Assembly: GCA_025558095.1 (NCBI GenBank)
Contig: JAIVFI010000014.1
Span: 62,001 to 126,000 of the forward strand
DNA from: Hyaloraphidium curvatum SAG 235-1
Lineage: Eukaryota > Fungi > Monoblepharomycota
Reading direction: 5' to 3'
DNA length: 64,000 bases
How positions within the stretch are numbered: position 1 is the first letter of the stretch; each line of letters starts with the position of its first letter. The notes below the pieces were generated by a model. It did no database searches, was not told the origin of the DNA, and saw only the letters and a list, made by a program, of their open reading frames with translations. This document shows positions 10,253-21,077 of the stretch, piece by piece. Both the position numbers and the translations under genes were made by a program.

Positions 10253-12002
10253 TCAACCCCTGGTCCACACCTCGACCTCGTCCTGCCACCGGCTCCCGTA
10301 CCTGGGCACCCAATTGCCCGGCAGCCCTCCCGGCCCGCACCGCCTCCACCTCGCCCCGGTCGCCTCGGCCAGCGCCTCCACCAGGGGCCCCATGACCGGC
10401 CGCGGCTTCTTCTCGTCGGGGCCGCGAAACACCTCGTCGGGGATCCGCGCGACCGTGCGGAGCCCGGGGGCGTCGACGTCCGCCAGCGCCCGCTTCTCCG
10501 CCGGGCTCGGCCCGCCAGCGCGGACGCCCCAGAGTCCGAGCTCGCGGAGCTTCGGCCACGACCCCGAGGTGGAGAACGCGCCGGCGAGGACGGGGGGAAG
10601 GGGGGCCGAGGTCACCTTGAGGTCGTTCTTGCTCATGTAGATCGAATCGATGGTGATGTAGAGGCGTTCGAGGGTCTTGCCGGACGCCGCGTGGAACACC
10701 GAGATCAGGTCCCTGAAGTACTGGTTCCGCCCCGTGAGCGGCGGCGCGGCCGGGCCCGAGCCACACCCACCCCATCGATCGTTTCCTGCGAGTTGGGCGG
10801 TGTCGACGGCCGCGTGAAGGTGTAGTTTTCCCCCAGGAGCACGGAGATCACGAGCGTGCGGAGCCTCGGGATGGGTACGATGGGCGCGAGCGAGGCGTCG
10901 ACGGCGCGTTCCCTGCTCCGGTGCGTCTTGAGGCTCCCCAGCTTGAGCCGCTCGAGCTCCGGAAACCAAGTCCCGAGCTTTGCGATCTCCGAGATGTCGA
11001 GGTTCCTTTGTTCCGAAATGACTGGCCGGCATCAGTGTATGGCTACTGGCCGGAACCGGGACCGGCAGACCCACGCGAGAGCCCGGTGATCCTGGAGTAT
11101 CCCTGCGTCCCTCCAGGCCTCAGCTCCGCCCCGGCCCTCGAAATCCTGGCGATGAGCTCGTGCGACATGTCCGCGGACGCGACCTTGTAGTCCTCGAGGC
11201 CGGGATTGAGCTCCAGGACCTTGATCGCGGTCTCGGAGCCGACCTTGGAGTCGAGCCACATGCGGCGGAGGTTCGGCGCGTACGTCTTGGCAGCTTGGAG
11301 GACCGCATGGTCGCTGATTCCGTCCAGCTCGATGTCGACGACGTTGGGCGTGGCCGGGAACAGCCTTCCGGGGGAGCAACCGGTCAGCCAACCGCTTCGG
11401 AGCTCGCACACCAGTCCCACTTTTTGATGTCGTTGCTCGAGAGGCCGTCCATGGACCTGTAGCGCACCTGCCGCACGACGTTCGGATCCAGCGTGCGGTT
11501 GCAGCCGGGCTCGAGGCCAAAGAGCTTCTTGATCCCGGAGGTGGTGAACCCGCCCGAGGGCTTGTAGCCCGAGGCGGAGAAATCGCAGCGTTCCCAGAGC
11601 GTCGGTACCGTGAGCAGCTGGCGCCAGGCGCGGCACACGAGCGCGGCGGCGCGGAGCCTGTCCCGGAACGGAACCAGGGAGAAGACGAGCAGCTGGACCT
11701 CGTTGGGCAGGCCTGCAAAAGCGCCGACGGCCTCGTTGCGCAGATCGACTGCGACCACGTCGACGTTTTGCGGGACCAGCGCGCGGCGGTGCTCGGGCAG
11801 GGCGGCGCGCACGTCTGCGAGCGGGACGGCGCCGTCTCGGATGGCGCGCACAAGCAGCCGCTCGAGCTCCGTCCGCGACAGGCGGTTGACGAGCACCGTC
11901 GCGACCGCATCTTCGTCCCCCACTTCGGCGGCGGCGGCGGCTTTCTTCCGCGGGGCGCGGGCCTTCCTGGGCGGCGGGGCGTCGGAGTCGCCGCGCGCCA
12001 TG
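10253..12002 (-). CDS. F-box protein with LRR-like C-terminus (4 exons; introns ~11420-11365, ~11074-11022 and one near 10770-10720)
   Basis: FAGLPNEVQLLVFSLVPFRDRLRAAALVCRAWRQL is an F-box. Later segments PNLRRMWL, PELERLKL and PKLRELGL are LRR-like. Confidence 0.8.
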
Positions 12003-12166
12003 GCGGAAGAGGCACGCGGTCGGGGGGCTTGAATCGACGAGGCGATAAAACCGGAGCTATTTGGCTCCGGTTGGAGGGCGTTGCCGAGGGCGCCTCTCCT
12101 TCGCGTCTCAGAGGTCCTCAGAGGCGCTACGTTGCATTTCGCGTCGTCGCGTCTCCGCGTCAGCAG

Positions 12167-12463
12167 ATGGAGCCGTACCGCGCGGCCGACGGTGCCTTCG
12201 TCGTCTGCCCGTACTGCGCCGAGCCGCTCGCGGCGCAGACAGAGGCCGCGCGGCTGGCCGCCCACCGCGACCGCGACGGCGGCCGCGCGCCCGTGCCGTG
12301 CGGCACCTGCGCCCTCGACGTGACCCGCGACGCGCCCGTGGAGGAAAGGCGCGTGGAGGGCCGGCCCCGGGTTGCCTGCAGGCACTGCGGCGCCTTGGTG
12401 CTCGCCGACGCGTTCTTCTGCCACCATTGCCGCAAGTGGCAGGCGGAGCCCTTCGAGCGCTGA
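12167..12463 (+). CDS. Small double zinc-ribbon-like protein (98 aa, four CxxC pairs)
   Basis: CPYC, CGTC, CRHC and CHHC motifs, coding-like codon usage, divergent from the F-box gene. Confidence 0.6.
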   Translation: MEPYRAADGAFVVCPYCAEPLAAQTEAARLAAHRDRDGGRAPVPCGTCALDVTRDAPVEERRVEGRPRVACRHCGALVLADAFFCHHCRKWQAEPFER

Positions 12464-12901
12464 TCGCAGCGGTCGAGGAGCATGCGAGCGGCCTGTAACC
12501 GACGTCTGGATCCGACCGAGTTCGCACTTTCTATCGTTGGGCCACCCAGCAGGTGCCCACGGAATACCGAAGAACGGGATACCTGCCGGGCTTAACCAGG
12601 GTGCCTGCGCGGTCTCGTGGTCAGCTGCCGTGCGACTGTGTCGAGAGATCCGTGTCGCCGAGGTGCACGTCGCCCACGTCTACCGTCTTCCTCGCCCGCG
12701 AAAGCAACTTTATCCCGGAGCGGGGTTCTGGGCAGCTCGGCAGGGTCGACGCGGCCTCGACGAGGTCCTCGATGCGGCTGTCTCCCCACGTCGGTCCCAG
12801 TTTTGTGGGCCGCTTGATCGGTGTATCCCTGGTTCTAGATCTGACGTCCGGTCAGATCTCTATCACAGGACGTCCGGTCACAGCTTCCCGGGCGGCTACG
12901 G

Positions 12902-13325
12902 TAGCACCGCCCTGACCCTCGAAGTTGGGAAGGGCACCCATTCGCGAACAAATTGCGCCCCGTCGAGCTGCGCTGGGCGGCAGGGGACCGGCCGGACGTG
13001 TTGGGCGAGCACCTCAAGCCCATTTCTCGCAGTACGGTCGCCGAAAGCTCGCTGCCGAGAGGGGCGATGCGATTTCCCGCAGGCCGCAGCCGGTACCTGA
13101 CGTCAATCAGAACGGCCCGCGAACCGTCCGCTTAGCACCGCCCTGACCCTCGAAGATGGGAAGGGCCGCGTCATCGTGAACAAACTGGGCGGCTTTGAGA
13201 AGCGATGCCTACCCGGAGCCGGCCAGACCTGTTAGGCCAGTGCCTTTGAATCAACCTTCCGAAGATTATCTCCGAGAGCTCGCCGGCGCGAGGGGCGATG
13301 CGATTTTCCGCAGGCCGCAGCCGGG
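12902..13325. repeat. Imperfect tandem duplication with ~230-bp period
   Basis: TAGCACCGCCCTGACCCTCGAAG(T/A)TGGGAAGGGC occurs at ~12902 and ~13133. GAGGGGCGATGCGATTT(C/T)CCGCAGGCCGCAGCCGG occurs at ~13059 and ~13290. Confidence 0.85.
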
Positions 13326-13450
13326 CGGTTTCGGGCGTTTCGGGCGGTTAGCTGTGGTCCCTATAGACGACAGGAAAACTGGCTGGCGTGCGTTGCGCGT
13401 CGAGGGACTCTCCGCTCGCGATCAGCAACCCCACTCAACTTGTCCCCGCG

Positions 13451-14223
13451 ATGCACGCCCTCCTTCTCTTTGCTGCCGCTGTCTTGGCGCTCGCCGGAGC
13501 CGCCGCTGCGAGGCAGGTCGCCCCGTCGCCGCGCCGGGCCCGGCTGACCACCCCTCCGCCGCAACCGATCCCCCACCGCACCCATCTTACGTCGTTGTAC
13601 CCGTCCCCGAACCCGATCCCGCACGGTAGCCCGCTCAAAGGAAGCCCTGAGGCCGCCGGCTCCGCCGTGTTCCGGCGCAGCTGCGCGGACTGCGACCCCG
13701 AGCACTTCTGGTGGGCGGCTACCGCCGGCCCCATCGCGGATGGTCTGACGCTCCCCGCGCCCGCCCCTGCAGTGAGTTCGGCCACCCAGATGCTCCCGCC
13801 GACACCGTCGCCTGCGTTGTGGAAGATCGCCACTCCCTCTACCGCCGCTACGGGGCAAACCCCAATGACCTCTGCGCTTACGACTACGGCTACCCGGGCT
13901 CGAGGAAGTGCAACACGGGCGTCAACTCCTGGGTCGCCTGCGACTGGATCACTGGCCTGCCGGTAGCAGATGGCTCAGATTCGGCGACCGGGCACTGCAA
14001 CGCGGGCTGCTGCCTTCCCCGCGCGTACATCGACTCCTGGTGCAGCTCCGCCGGTCCGGCGTGCAGTCGCGCCGACAAGACGACCGAGATGGCCGTGTTC
14101 ACTTCGTCGCCCCCTCTGGCCTGCGACAGGTCCACCGGGGTCGTGGGGTCGGGCGCGGGGCAGTGCAGGTTTGCGGGTTCGGCTGTGGGACAGATCGGAG
14201 GGTGCTGCGCGACCGCGGCCTGA
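13451..14223 (+). CDS. Small secreted cysteine-rich protein (exon structure uncertain)
   Basis: Signal peptide MHALLLFAAAVLALAGAAAA, and a Cys-rich 3' frame (LCAYDY..CNAGCC..GGCCATAA*) that needs an intron or frameshift to join. Confidence 0.5.
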
Positions 14224-14522
14224 TCCTTCACCTGCGTGTGGCTCGCGGAATTGCCGGTGGTTGGAGCTGCATCGAGTCTCGGTAGTTTTCAGTATTCTAT
14301 CGAGTGCAAGTGCCGAATCGCGTGGATCATAGATGACTTGCATTCCTCAATAGTCCGACAAACCAGATCTACTTACTATAGAAGGATCAAAATTCGCTGC
14401 CGGACCGGCGCTGCCTCGGGGTTGGAACTGCTTCGCACTCACCCATCGGCGTCCCTCATTCGTCTGCGTCGCAAACACCCGTCAGTTGTCCCCCACTCCC
14501 GAATCCGGACGGCGCTCCCGCA

Positions 14523-16061
14523 ATGGCGGAAACTCCCGAAGAAAAGGACGCGCAGCAGCCGCTCAGTGACCTCTTCAGCGCCGCGGAACTGCTCGCGCTG
14601 CTGCCGAGCGCGTCGGATTTGCAGCCTCCTTTGTCGCCCGACATCGCGCCGCTCGTCCCGGGGGAACGCGATCCGGCCGCTGATTTCCGCGCGGAGGACC
14701 CGATGACGCTGGAGCGCCTGCTCAAGGCCCTGGCGCCGCTCCGCGGGCTGCGGTTCCTGGCCGCCGCGCGCGGTTGGCCGCGGCTCAACCGGCTGCCTGT
14801 GTCGCGCACAGTTCTGTACATCCTGCCGGACACCGTCGCGGCACCGTACGCGACGTGGGAGCCCGCGCTGGCCTCGGGCGTGTTCGCCGTGCGGGGTGCC
14901 GCCGTCAGCGTGGCCGCGTTGGCCTTTGGGCGCTTGGTGTACCACCTCATCTTTCTCGTACAGCGCGTCCCGGCGTGGGGCCGGCCGCCGACGGAGGACA
15001 CGAGCCCATTCGCCGGTCTTGCGCGCTGGATCGAGCTTTCGGGGTGGGCGGGTTCAGATGGTGCGGACGCCGAAGCCGCATACAACGGAGGAGGCCGAAC
15101 GGCGCTGCGAGACCTGCTGGCGCACCACGACCACGACCTCTCGTGTCCGTGCAGGCGCTCGTCGTGCGCAGGCCGTCTTCCTCGGATGTCATCGACGATC
15201 CAGGTCGGGCGACAGGTGGTGCTAATGTTGATCCTCAGCCTAGTGCATTGGCTGTTGCCGTGGTGGACGCCAACTGTCTTCCTGGCCGACAGCATCTGGG
15301 TGGTGCCGTGGAAGGCGGTCATTTTCGGGTACCTACCCGTCATTTACTTCGTTCTGCACGTCTCCGTCTCTCTTGAAGGGATCTCCTCCGATGCCGCCCT
15401 GCTTGACCTGGACGGCAGGGTCGAGGCAAGAGCCATATCTTTGACGCTCTCTGAGGCTATCAAATCCATTCTTGTCGAGGAACAAGAGGGGAGGGAAACA
15501 GCATTGGATCCGCCCGAACTTTCTGGATCACCGAGCTCCCGCCAAAGCTTCATTGCATTGCACCAAATGCTGGCTCCCAAGTGGCGCGCGAGGGCCAAGA
15601 TGTGCCAAGAGTACAACTACGCCCGTGCCGTGGCCTTCGCATTCGACCTTGTCGTACTGCTCGTCCTGATGCTGGGTGCCGGCTGTGCGACCGCCTGGGC
15701 CATCGGCTCCATCGCCTCGCACGCCATCGAGATCATTTACGCCCTCTCTACCTTCGCCATGGGAAACACCAGCGTCGCCCGCAACACCTCCCTCTACGGC
15801 CGCGCGGCCTCTGGCGTGCGCCTCGCCTTCGCCGAGCGCCGCCGCGCGGTGCCACCCGACGCGGCCGCGCAGCTCGCCGCCCTCGAGGTATTTGCCCGCG
15901 CCGCAGACGACAACTATGCCAGGCTGTTCGGCGTGCCGGTGACGTTCGGGCTTGTGAGGGGGCTCAGCGTCACTCTGGTGACGATCAGCGTGGGCCTGGT
16001 GGGCATACTCAGGGGGGCGGGGGTACGTGCGACAATGCAGAGCTGGTGTCCGATCGAATAG
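14523..16061 (+). CDS. Multi-pass (~7 TM) membrane protein, gustatory-receptor-like/7TMIC candidate, copy 1
   Basis: 512-aa intronless ORF with about 7 hydrophobic segments, no signal peptide, and C-terminal ARLFGVPVTFGLVRGLSVTLVTISVGLVGILR. The CDS is secure; the family call is inference. Confidence 0.65.
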   Translation: MAETPEEKDAQQPLSDLFSAAELLALLPSASDLQPPLSPDIAPLVPGERDPAADFRAEDPMTLERLLKALAPLRGLRFLAAARGWPRLNRLPVSRTVLYILPDTVAAPYATWEPALASGVFAVRGAAVSVAALAFGRLVYHLIFLVQRVPAWGRPPTEDTSPFAGLARWIELSGWAGSDGADAEAAYNGGGRTALRDLLAHHDHDLSCPCRRSSCAGRLPRMSSTIQVGRQVVLMLILSLVHWLLPWWTPTVFLADSIWVVPWKAVIFGYLPVIYFVLHVSVSLEGISSDAALLDLDGRVEARAISLTLSEAIKSILVEEQEGRETALDPPELSGSPSSRQSFIALHQMLAPKWRARAKMCQEYNYARAVAFAFDLVVLLVLMLGAGCATAWAIGSIASHAIEIIYALSTFAMGNTSVARNTSLYGRAASGVRLAFAERRRAVPPDAAAQLAALEVFARAADDNYARLFGVPVTFGLVRGLSVTLVTISVGLVGILRGAGVRATMQSWCPIE

Positions 16062-16245
16062 TGGCATTGGAATCGGTATTTGGGCGATTGATAGACACGT
16101 CGGGTGTGGTCTTTTCGGCGCCGCCGAAGGTGAAACTGACCTGGCATGGGCTCCATCAGGAGATGGCGCACTCAGCTCCATCCACACCGGGGAGAGCTTG
16201 ACGTTTGGAAAGGCGAGCGGGACCTCAAAGTACGCACCTCTATAA

Positions 16246-17877
16246 ATGATGCCGAAATCCGGGGACTTCTCAGTAGAAGCCCTAGGATCCCTCCCGCACG
16301 CGTCATCCGCTATGGCTCTCCTCTCGCCGTCCGACTTTTTGCTTCTCTTTCCCGCGGAACCGCAGCGCGGCGCGCCCGGCGGCCTCGCCCCGCCTCCCGC
16401 AGACGACCCCGCCGCGCCACTGCGCGCGTCTGAGCCCGTGACGCCCTCCGCGATGCGCCGGGAATTCGCGCCGTACAAACTGCTCAGCGCCGTCCTCGCG
16501 GTGAACACCTTCTTTTTCCCGTGGCTGTCGCGATCCGGCGTGTGGCGTGGCGCGCTTTCTACCTCCTCCTGGGCCATGCTGCTGGCCGCCGTCATCGTCC
16601 TGAACGCGGAGTACTTCCACCTTTTCGAGCTCCGGCAGGTCATCGTCGGCTCCATCGCCGTCCTGTACCCCTGGATCATGGACGTGGCGACCTACGGCTT
16701 CCTCAAAGTTAGGGCGGCTCGGAGCGTGAAGCAGCCTTTCAAGGACATTCTTTCCCCCGGAAACGGGTACTCGGGACCGTCGCCGGACCAGGATGTTTCG
16801 GGCCACCTCTTTTCACCGCTCGTCAGGTGGCTCCAGGCCCTCCGCATTAACGGGGCCGGGCCCGGCGGGGATTCCGGGAAAGGAAGCAAGGCTGCCGGCG
16901 ATGCCTTCGACCCCGAGCAACCCTACGGCACCCACTCGGAGACATCACATCTCCTGCGACACACGGAAGGCGACCCCCTGTGCCCTTGCGCGACGTGTCT
17001 CGGCAACACGCCAACGCTGGCCGCCGTGCTCTGCCTCCTGGACCAATCCCTGTTCACTTTTTTCCCGTTTGTCGCGAGCGCGGCCCTAGGAACTTACACG
17101 CCCTTTGTCGCCTTCGGATCGCAGTTCTGGCTGCTGTGGTGGTGCAAGCTCATCGCCGGCATTTTCTTCCTGTTCCAGACCATGCACTGGATCCCCACGG
17201 GCTTCGGCATGCTGCCGACGGACAGCGTCGCCATGATCCGGCTCACCACCCGACTGCGGAACCGCGCCGTCACAGCTGCGCTCACCGCCCTGGTCGAGGA
17301 CCTCGAGCGGTGCCTGGACGGAAACACCCTTGCCGATCAGAAAGCCCGCGACTTGTACCTCGTGCTGCATTCGCACCTCCGCATTGCCTGGAAACAGCGT
17401 TTCTTGGCTTCCCGCGCGGCCCGCACCGGTTTCGTTCTGGGCGCCGCGAACCAACTCCTTGCGATCTTCCTCAACGTCGTCGCCTGTTCCTGCACCACCG
17501 CCATGCACCTCCTCTACCTCGCCAGCTTCGCCACCCGCGGCCTCGTCGTGAACCTGGCCAACTACGCCCACGCCAACGCCGAGATCGCCCTCGTCGCCTC
17601 GTCGTACCGCGTCGCGCACGTCCGGATCGCGGAGGCGGCCGCGCGCGCCGCGGACGCAGGCAGGGACGTGGCGCCGCTCAAGGGACACCTGCGCGCGCTG
17701 GAGGCGCTGGCGGGAGACGGCGCAGAGTACAGGGAGAAGGTGCTGGGGGTCGCCGTGGACGGGGGTTTCGCGAGGTCGCTCGTGCTGGGGGTTCTGACGC
17801 TCACGGTGGGGCTGTATTCGATCCTGAGGAGCGCGGGGGTGTCGGTGACCATGCAGGTGTTCTGTCCGTCGGGGTGA
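16246..17877 (+). CDS. Multi-pass (~7 TM) membrane protein, gustatory-receptor-like/7TMIC candidate, copy 2
   Basis: 543-aa intronless ORF, paralog of 14523-16061. C-terminal EKVLGVAVDGGFARSLVLGVLTLTVGLYSILRSAGVSVTMQVFCP. Confidence 0.65.
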   Translation: MMPKSGDFSVEALGSLPHASSAMALLSPSDFLLLFPAEPQRGAPGGLAPPPADDPAAPLRASEPVTPSAMRREFAPYKLLSAVLAVNTFFFPWLSRSGVWRGALSTSSWAMLLAAVIVLNAEYFHLFELRQVIVGSIAVLYPWIMDVATYGFLKVRAARSVKQPFKDILSPGNGYSGPSPDQDVSGHLFSPLVRWLQALRINGAGPGGDSGKGSKAAGDAFDPEQPYGTHSETSHLLRHTEGDPLCPCATCLGNTPTLAAVLCLLDQSLFTFFPFVASAALGTYTPFVAFGSQFWLLWWCKLIAGIFFLFQTMHWIPTGFGMLPTDSVAMIRLTTRLRNRAVTAALTALVEDLERCLDGNTLADQKARDLYLVLHSHLRIAWKQRFLASRAARTGFVLGAANQLLAIFLNVVACSCTTAMHLLYLASFATRGLVVNLANYAHANAEIALVASSYRVAHVRIAEAAARAADAGRDVAPLKGHLRALEALAGDGAEYREKVLGVAVDGGFARSLVLGVLTLTVGLYSILRSAGVSVTMQVFCPSG

Positions 17878-18255
17878 GATCTCTGGCGAATCAAAATTTT
17901 GCGCAGGACTCGGCTGTCCGAGACCGAGCGATCCCGGGCCCCGAGCTCCAGTTGTCCGTCGACGTTGTAGGTCCAGTCTGCTGATCAAATGGGCGGGGAG
18001 GCTTTGCTGACGGAGGGACCCGGAAAGAAGATCGCACGCCAGCGTGCGACAGACGGACCCCTCAATGGCATCGTCGGTAGAAAAAGCTTCTGATCAGAGA
18101 GACTCCGGCCTTCTTTTCGCCGATGCTTGTTCTCGCGGGTTCAGCACGGAACGGATCGAGCGATCGCCGTTCACTCCGCGGCGGCTCCAACATACTGCCC
18201 TTGCCTCCCGCTGTTGCCACACCCTCCCCCAGTCGCCCTCCCGCCCGCCGCCACG

Positions 18256-19768
18256 ATGGCGTTCAACGCCACCGCCGCCTCGCCGGCGCTCCTCGACCCG
18301 CCGCTGCACGCGCTCGCCTCGGCGGCGGAGACGCTGCTGCCCGCGGCCGTCCTCGCTCTGGCCGTCAACGGCTCCGCGCTGTACGCCGCCCACGAGACGC
18401 CGTTCAAGTTCGCGCACTTCCAGGGCCCCATACTCAGGAAGCTCGGCGTGCCGCAGGAGTACGTCGACAAGATCTGGGACTTCCCGCCGTGGTTCCGGGA
18501 GGCCTGGACGGCGAACATCGAATGGGCCGTGCGCACCATCGCGTCGTTCCTGCTGCCGTCGGTGTTCGGCGAGGCGACCCGCATGTGGCTGGCCGAGGGG
18601 CTCTTCTACTCGTACGTCATGAAGGTGGTCTTCATCGTCGTGTTCTTCCCGCAGTTCCTCTTCTACCGCGGGTGGGTTGTTCGCCCTTCTATCGCCATCG
18701 GGAGGTCCGCGCTGACTCGGATCTCTTTCCGGCCGGCAGAGCCGACCACTACGGCTACCTGGACCGGTGGAAGACCAACCCGTACCGCGAGAACCCCGAC
18801 AAGGAGACCGAGGCCAAGTACTGGAACGGCCTCTGGCCCTCGGTCCTCTACTCCTTCCCCACCGAGACCTTCATCCTTTGGGCCATCAATTTCGGCCGCG
18901 GGGAGATGGCGCTCTCGGTGCTGCCCTCGTTCGCGGACGTCATGTGCAAGCTGCTGTTCGACCTCTGGCTGGCCGACACGATGTACTTCTGGATGCACTG
19001 GTGGGAGCACCAGCCGGGAATCTACCAGGTTTGTGGTGTGCCGTCGATCGATGGGCGTCGTCGCTGATGGCGTTGTGAGCGCAGAAGGTCCACAAGGCGC
19101 ACCACCAGATCCGGTGGCTCAACGGTGGGTCCCAACCCCTCCCTCCTACCCCTGCGAACCTCTTACACATCCCTGCACCCCCAGTCTATGGATTCTTCTA
19201 TCAGAACAACATAGAACGCTACATGCTCCGCTTCAACTCCTTCGTCGGCAACATGATCATCGCCCACACCTTCGGCCACGACCTCATGACGGCGATCCTG
19301 TCGTCGGCCTTCTTCATCAGCAGCGACATCCACAGTGAGTTTTTCTTCCTGTTTGGCGTTCCGCGGCCCCTGACCTCGTCCTGCAGTCCACACGGGCTAC
19401 ACGGTGCCGTGGATCCCGATGAACTGGATCAACCCGCAGTACTTCCACGACTGTGAGCCACGCCCGCCACGCTCTCCCTCCCCTCGCCATCTTCTCACCG
19501 CCTTCCCCGCCCGCCAGTCCACCACTCCCAGAACCGCGGCAACTACTCCGCCTTCTTCAACATCCCGCCGTTCTCGTGGGACTGGTGGATGGGCACCGAC
19601 AAGAACTGGCGGCGCTTCCGCAAGGCCGGCGGCGAGGTGCGGCTGCACCGCAACACGTGGCCCGGGTTCTACGTCGAGGGGGATCTCGACATCGCGAAGA
19701 AGCAGGCGGCGGAGCAGGCGAAGGAGGACGATGCGGCGGTGGTCGACGGGAAGGGGAAGGACGATTAG
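18256..19768 (+). CDS. Fatty acid hydroxylase/sterol desaturase superfamily protein (Erg3/Erg25-like; ~6 exons)
   Basis: Histidine boxes HWWEH, HKAHH, DIHIHTGY and FHDFHH after splicing, plus NYS..WDWWMGT. Confidence 0.88.
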
Positions 19769-20007
19769 GCGCGCGCGTTGTGTTGCAAGTGCGGTGTAGG
19801 AAGCGCGGGGCGGTATAGTGTCTCGGGGATCATAGAGTCACTCGTTGTCTGTTTTTGGTGACGCGTCCACATAAGGCGGCGTCTGTTCGTAACTACTCTC
19901 TGTAACTCAAGCAATAATCCGCAAAGATCGTATCTACAGACACAGATGTGGAATCAAACTCATGAGCGTCCGAAAAAAGGCGACGACCGGGAAGGCGGGG
20001 CCATCGA

Positions 20008-20712
20008 TCAAAAGTCCAGCGCCCTGCGCAGCTCCTCGCTCCACTCCACCATGCGCTCCACGTCCTTGGCCTCCTTGCGGCTCCACACGGTGGTGAAGGT
20101 GGGCACGAGCCTGCGCCCGGCGTCGTTGGTGAAGTGCACCGCGGACTTTGTCACCCGCAGGGCGGCATCAAGGGGGCCGGCGGCCTCTCCTTCCTGATCT
20201 TGCTGCTGGGCATTGTCGGATTCGCAGGCCTCCTCGCCCCGCGTGTCGCTCGACGATGCGGTGCTGTTCCGCGGGCGGGATTCGTCCGGGGCGTGGTACG
20301 GGCCCATGCTCCACACGTCCTCCTCCTCGGCCCCCTCTGTATCCGACGGCGCGGCCTCGTCGCCCCCGTGCGCGGTCTCGTCGTCGCCGTCGGAGCAGTC
20401 CTCGGCGTGGGGGACTGCGCCTACCAGGGACGTCAGCGCGCCCGCCCACAGCGAGTCGACGGGGATCAGCGCGGCGGCGTCCCCGTCTGCGTACGTCTCC
20501 CGCGGCAGATCGACCGGCCAGAAGAGCGGCTCTGCGGGGAACAGCGCGGCGGCGGAGGGCGACTCGGCCACGGCGAGGGGGATCGGGAGGTGCGGCGGCG
20601 CGTCGTCGGGGCCCGCGGGGCGCCGCCGCCGCTGCCGCGCCCGCCTGAGCCAGTCGCCCACAGCGCGGCGCATCGCTTTGAGGCGGCGGGAGAAGCTCGC
20701 GAGGGGCGCCAT
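20008..20712 (-). CDS. Hypothetical protein (basic N-terminus, acidic disordered centre, conserved C-terminal motif)
   Basis: 234-aa ORF. Its C-terminal RRLVPTFTTVWSRKEAKDVERMVEWSE is shared with the neighbouring gene. Confidence 0.6.
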   Translation of the reverse strand: MAPLASFSRRLKAMRRAVGDWLRRARQRRRRPAGPDDAPPHLPIPLAVAESPSAAALFPAEPLFWPVDLPRETYADGDAAALIPVDSLWAGALTSLVGAVPHAEDCSDGDDETAHGGDEAAPSDTEGAEEEDVWSMGPYHAPDESRPRNSTASSSDTRGEEACESDNAQQQDQEGEAAGPLDAALRVTKSAVHFTNDAGRRLVPTFTTVWSRKEAKDVERMVEWSEELRRALDF

Positions 20713-21077
20713 CGAGGCTGTCAGCGCGAGTCAGCGCGGTGCCGGCCTGTCCCTTGTTACCAGCCCTGCGATCGGGCTCCGATGCGTCCCCTACATGTCC
20801 TTACGCAGTTCGAGGGGCGGCCGGGGCCAGCCAACATCGTCGGAAGAGCGGTATCGAGCTGGACGGGACGGCCGACGGCGTTCCGACGCAGGCCCGAAGG
20901 TGCCATGCATCATTTGGCCGGATTGGGACGCAGGGGGAATGCCAGGCGCCACGCCCAATGGAGAGGGCAACAGGGCGGATCGAAAAGGAGAACGACAAAG
21001 CTGCCTCCGCCAGCGGAAGTTTCCGTTGTACCCGCGGGATCCCAAGCCCGCCCGCACTCCAGGTACCTCCCGGCGTG

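Noticed and set aside
12902-13325. CRISPR array or LTR pair
   Set aside because: Only two imperfect long units in a eukaryotic context, with no cas or gag-pol genes and no TG...CA termini or TSD seen.
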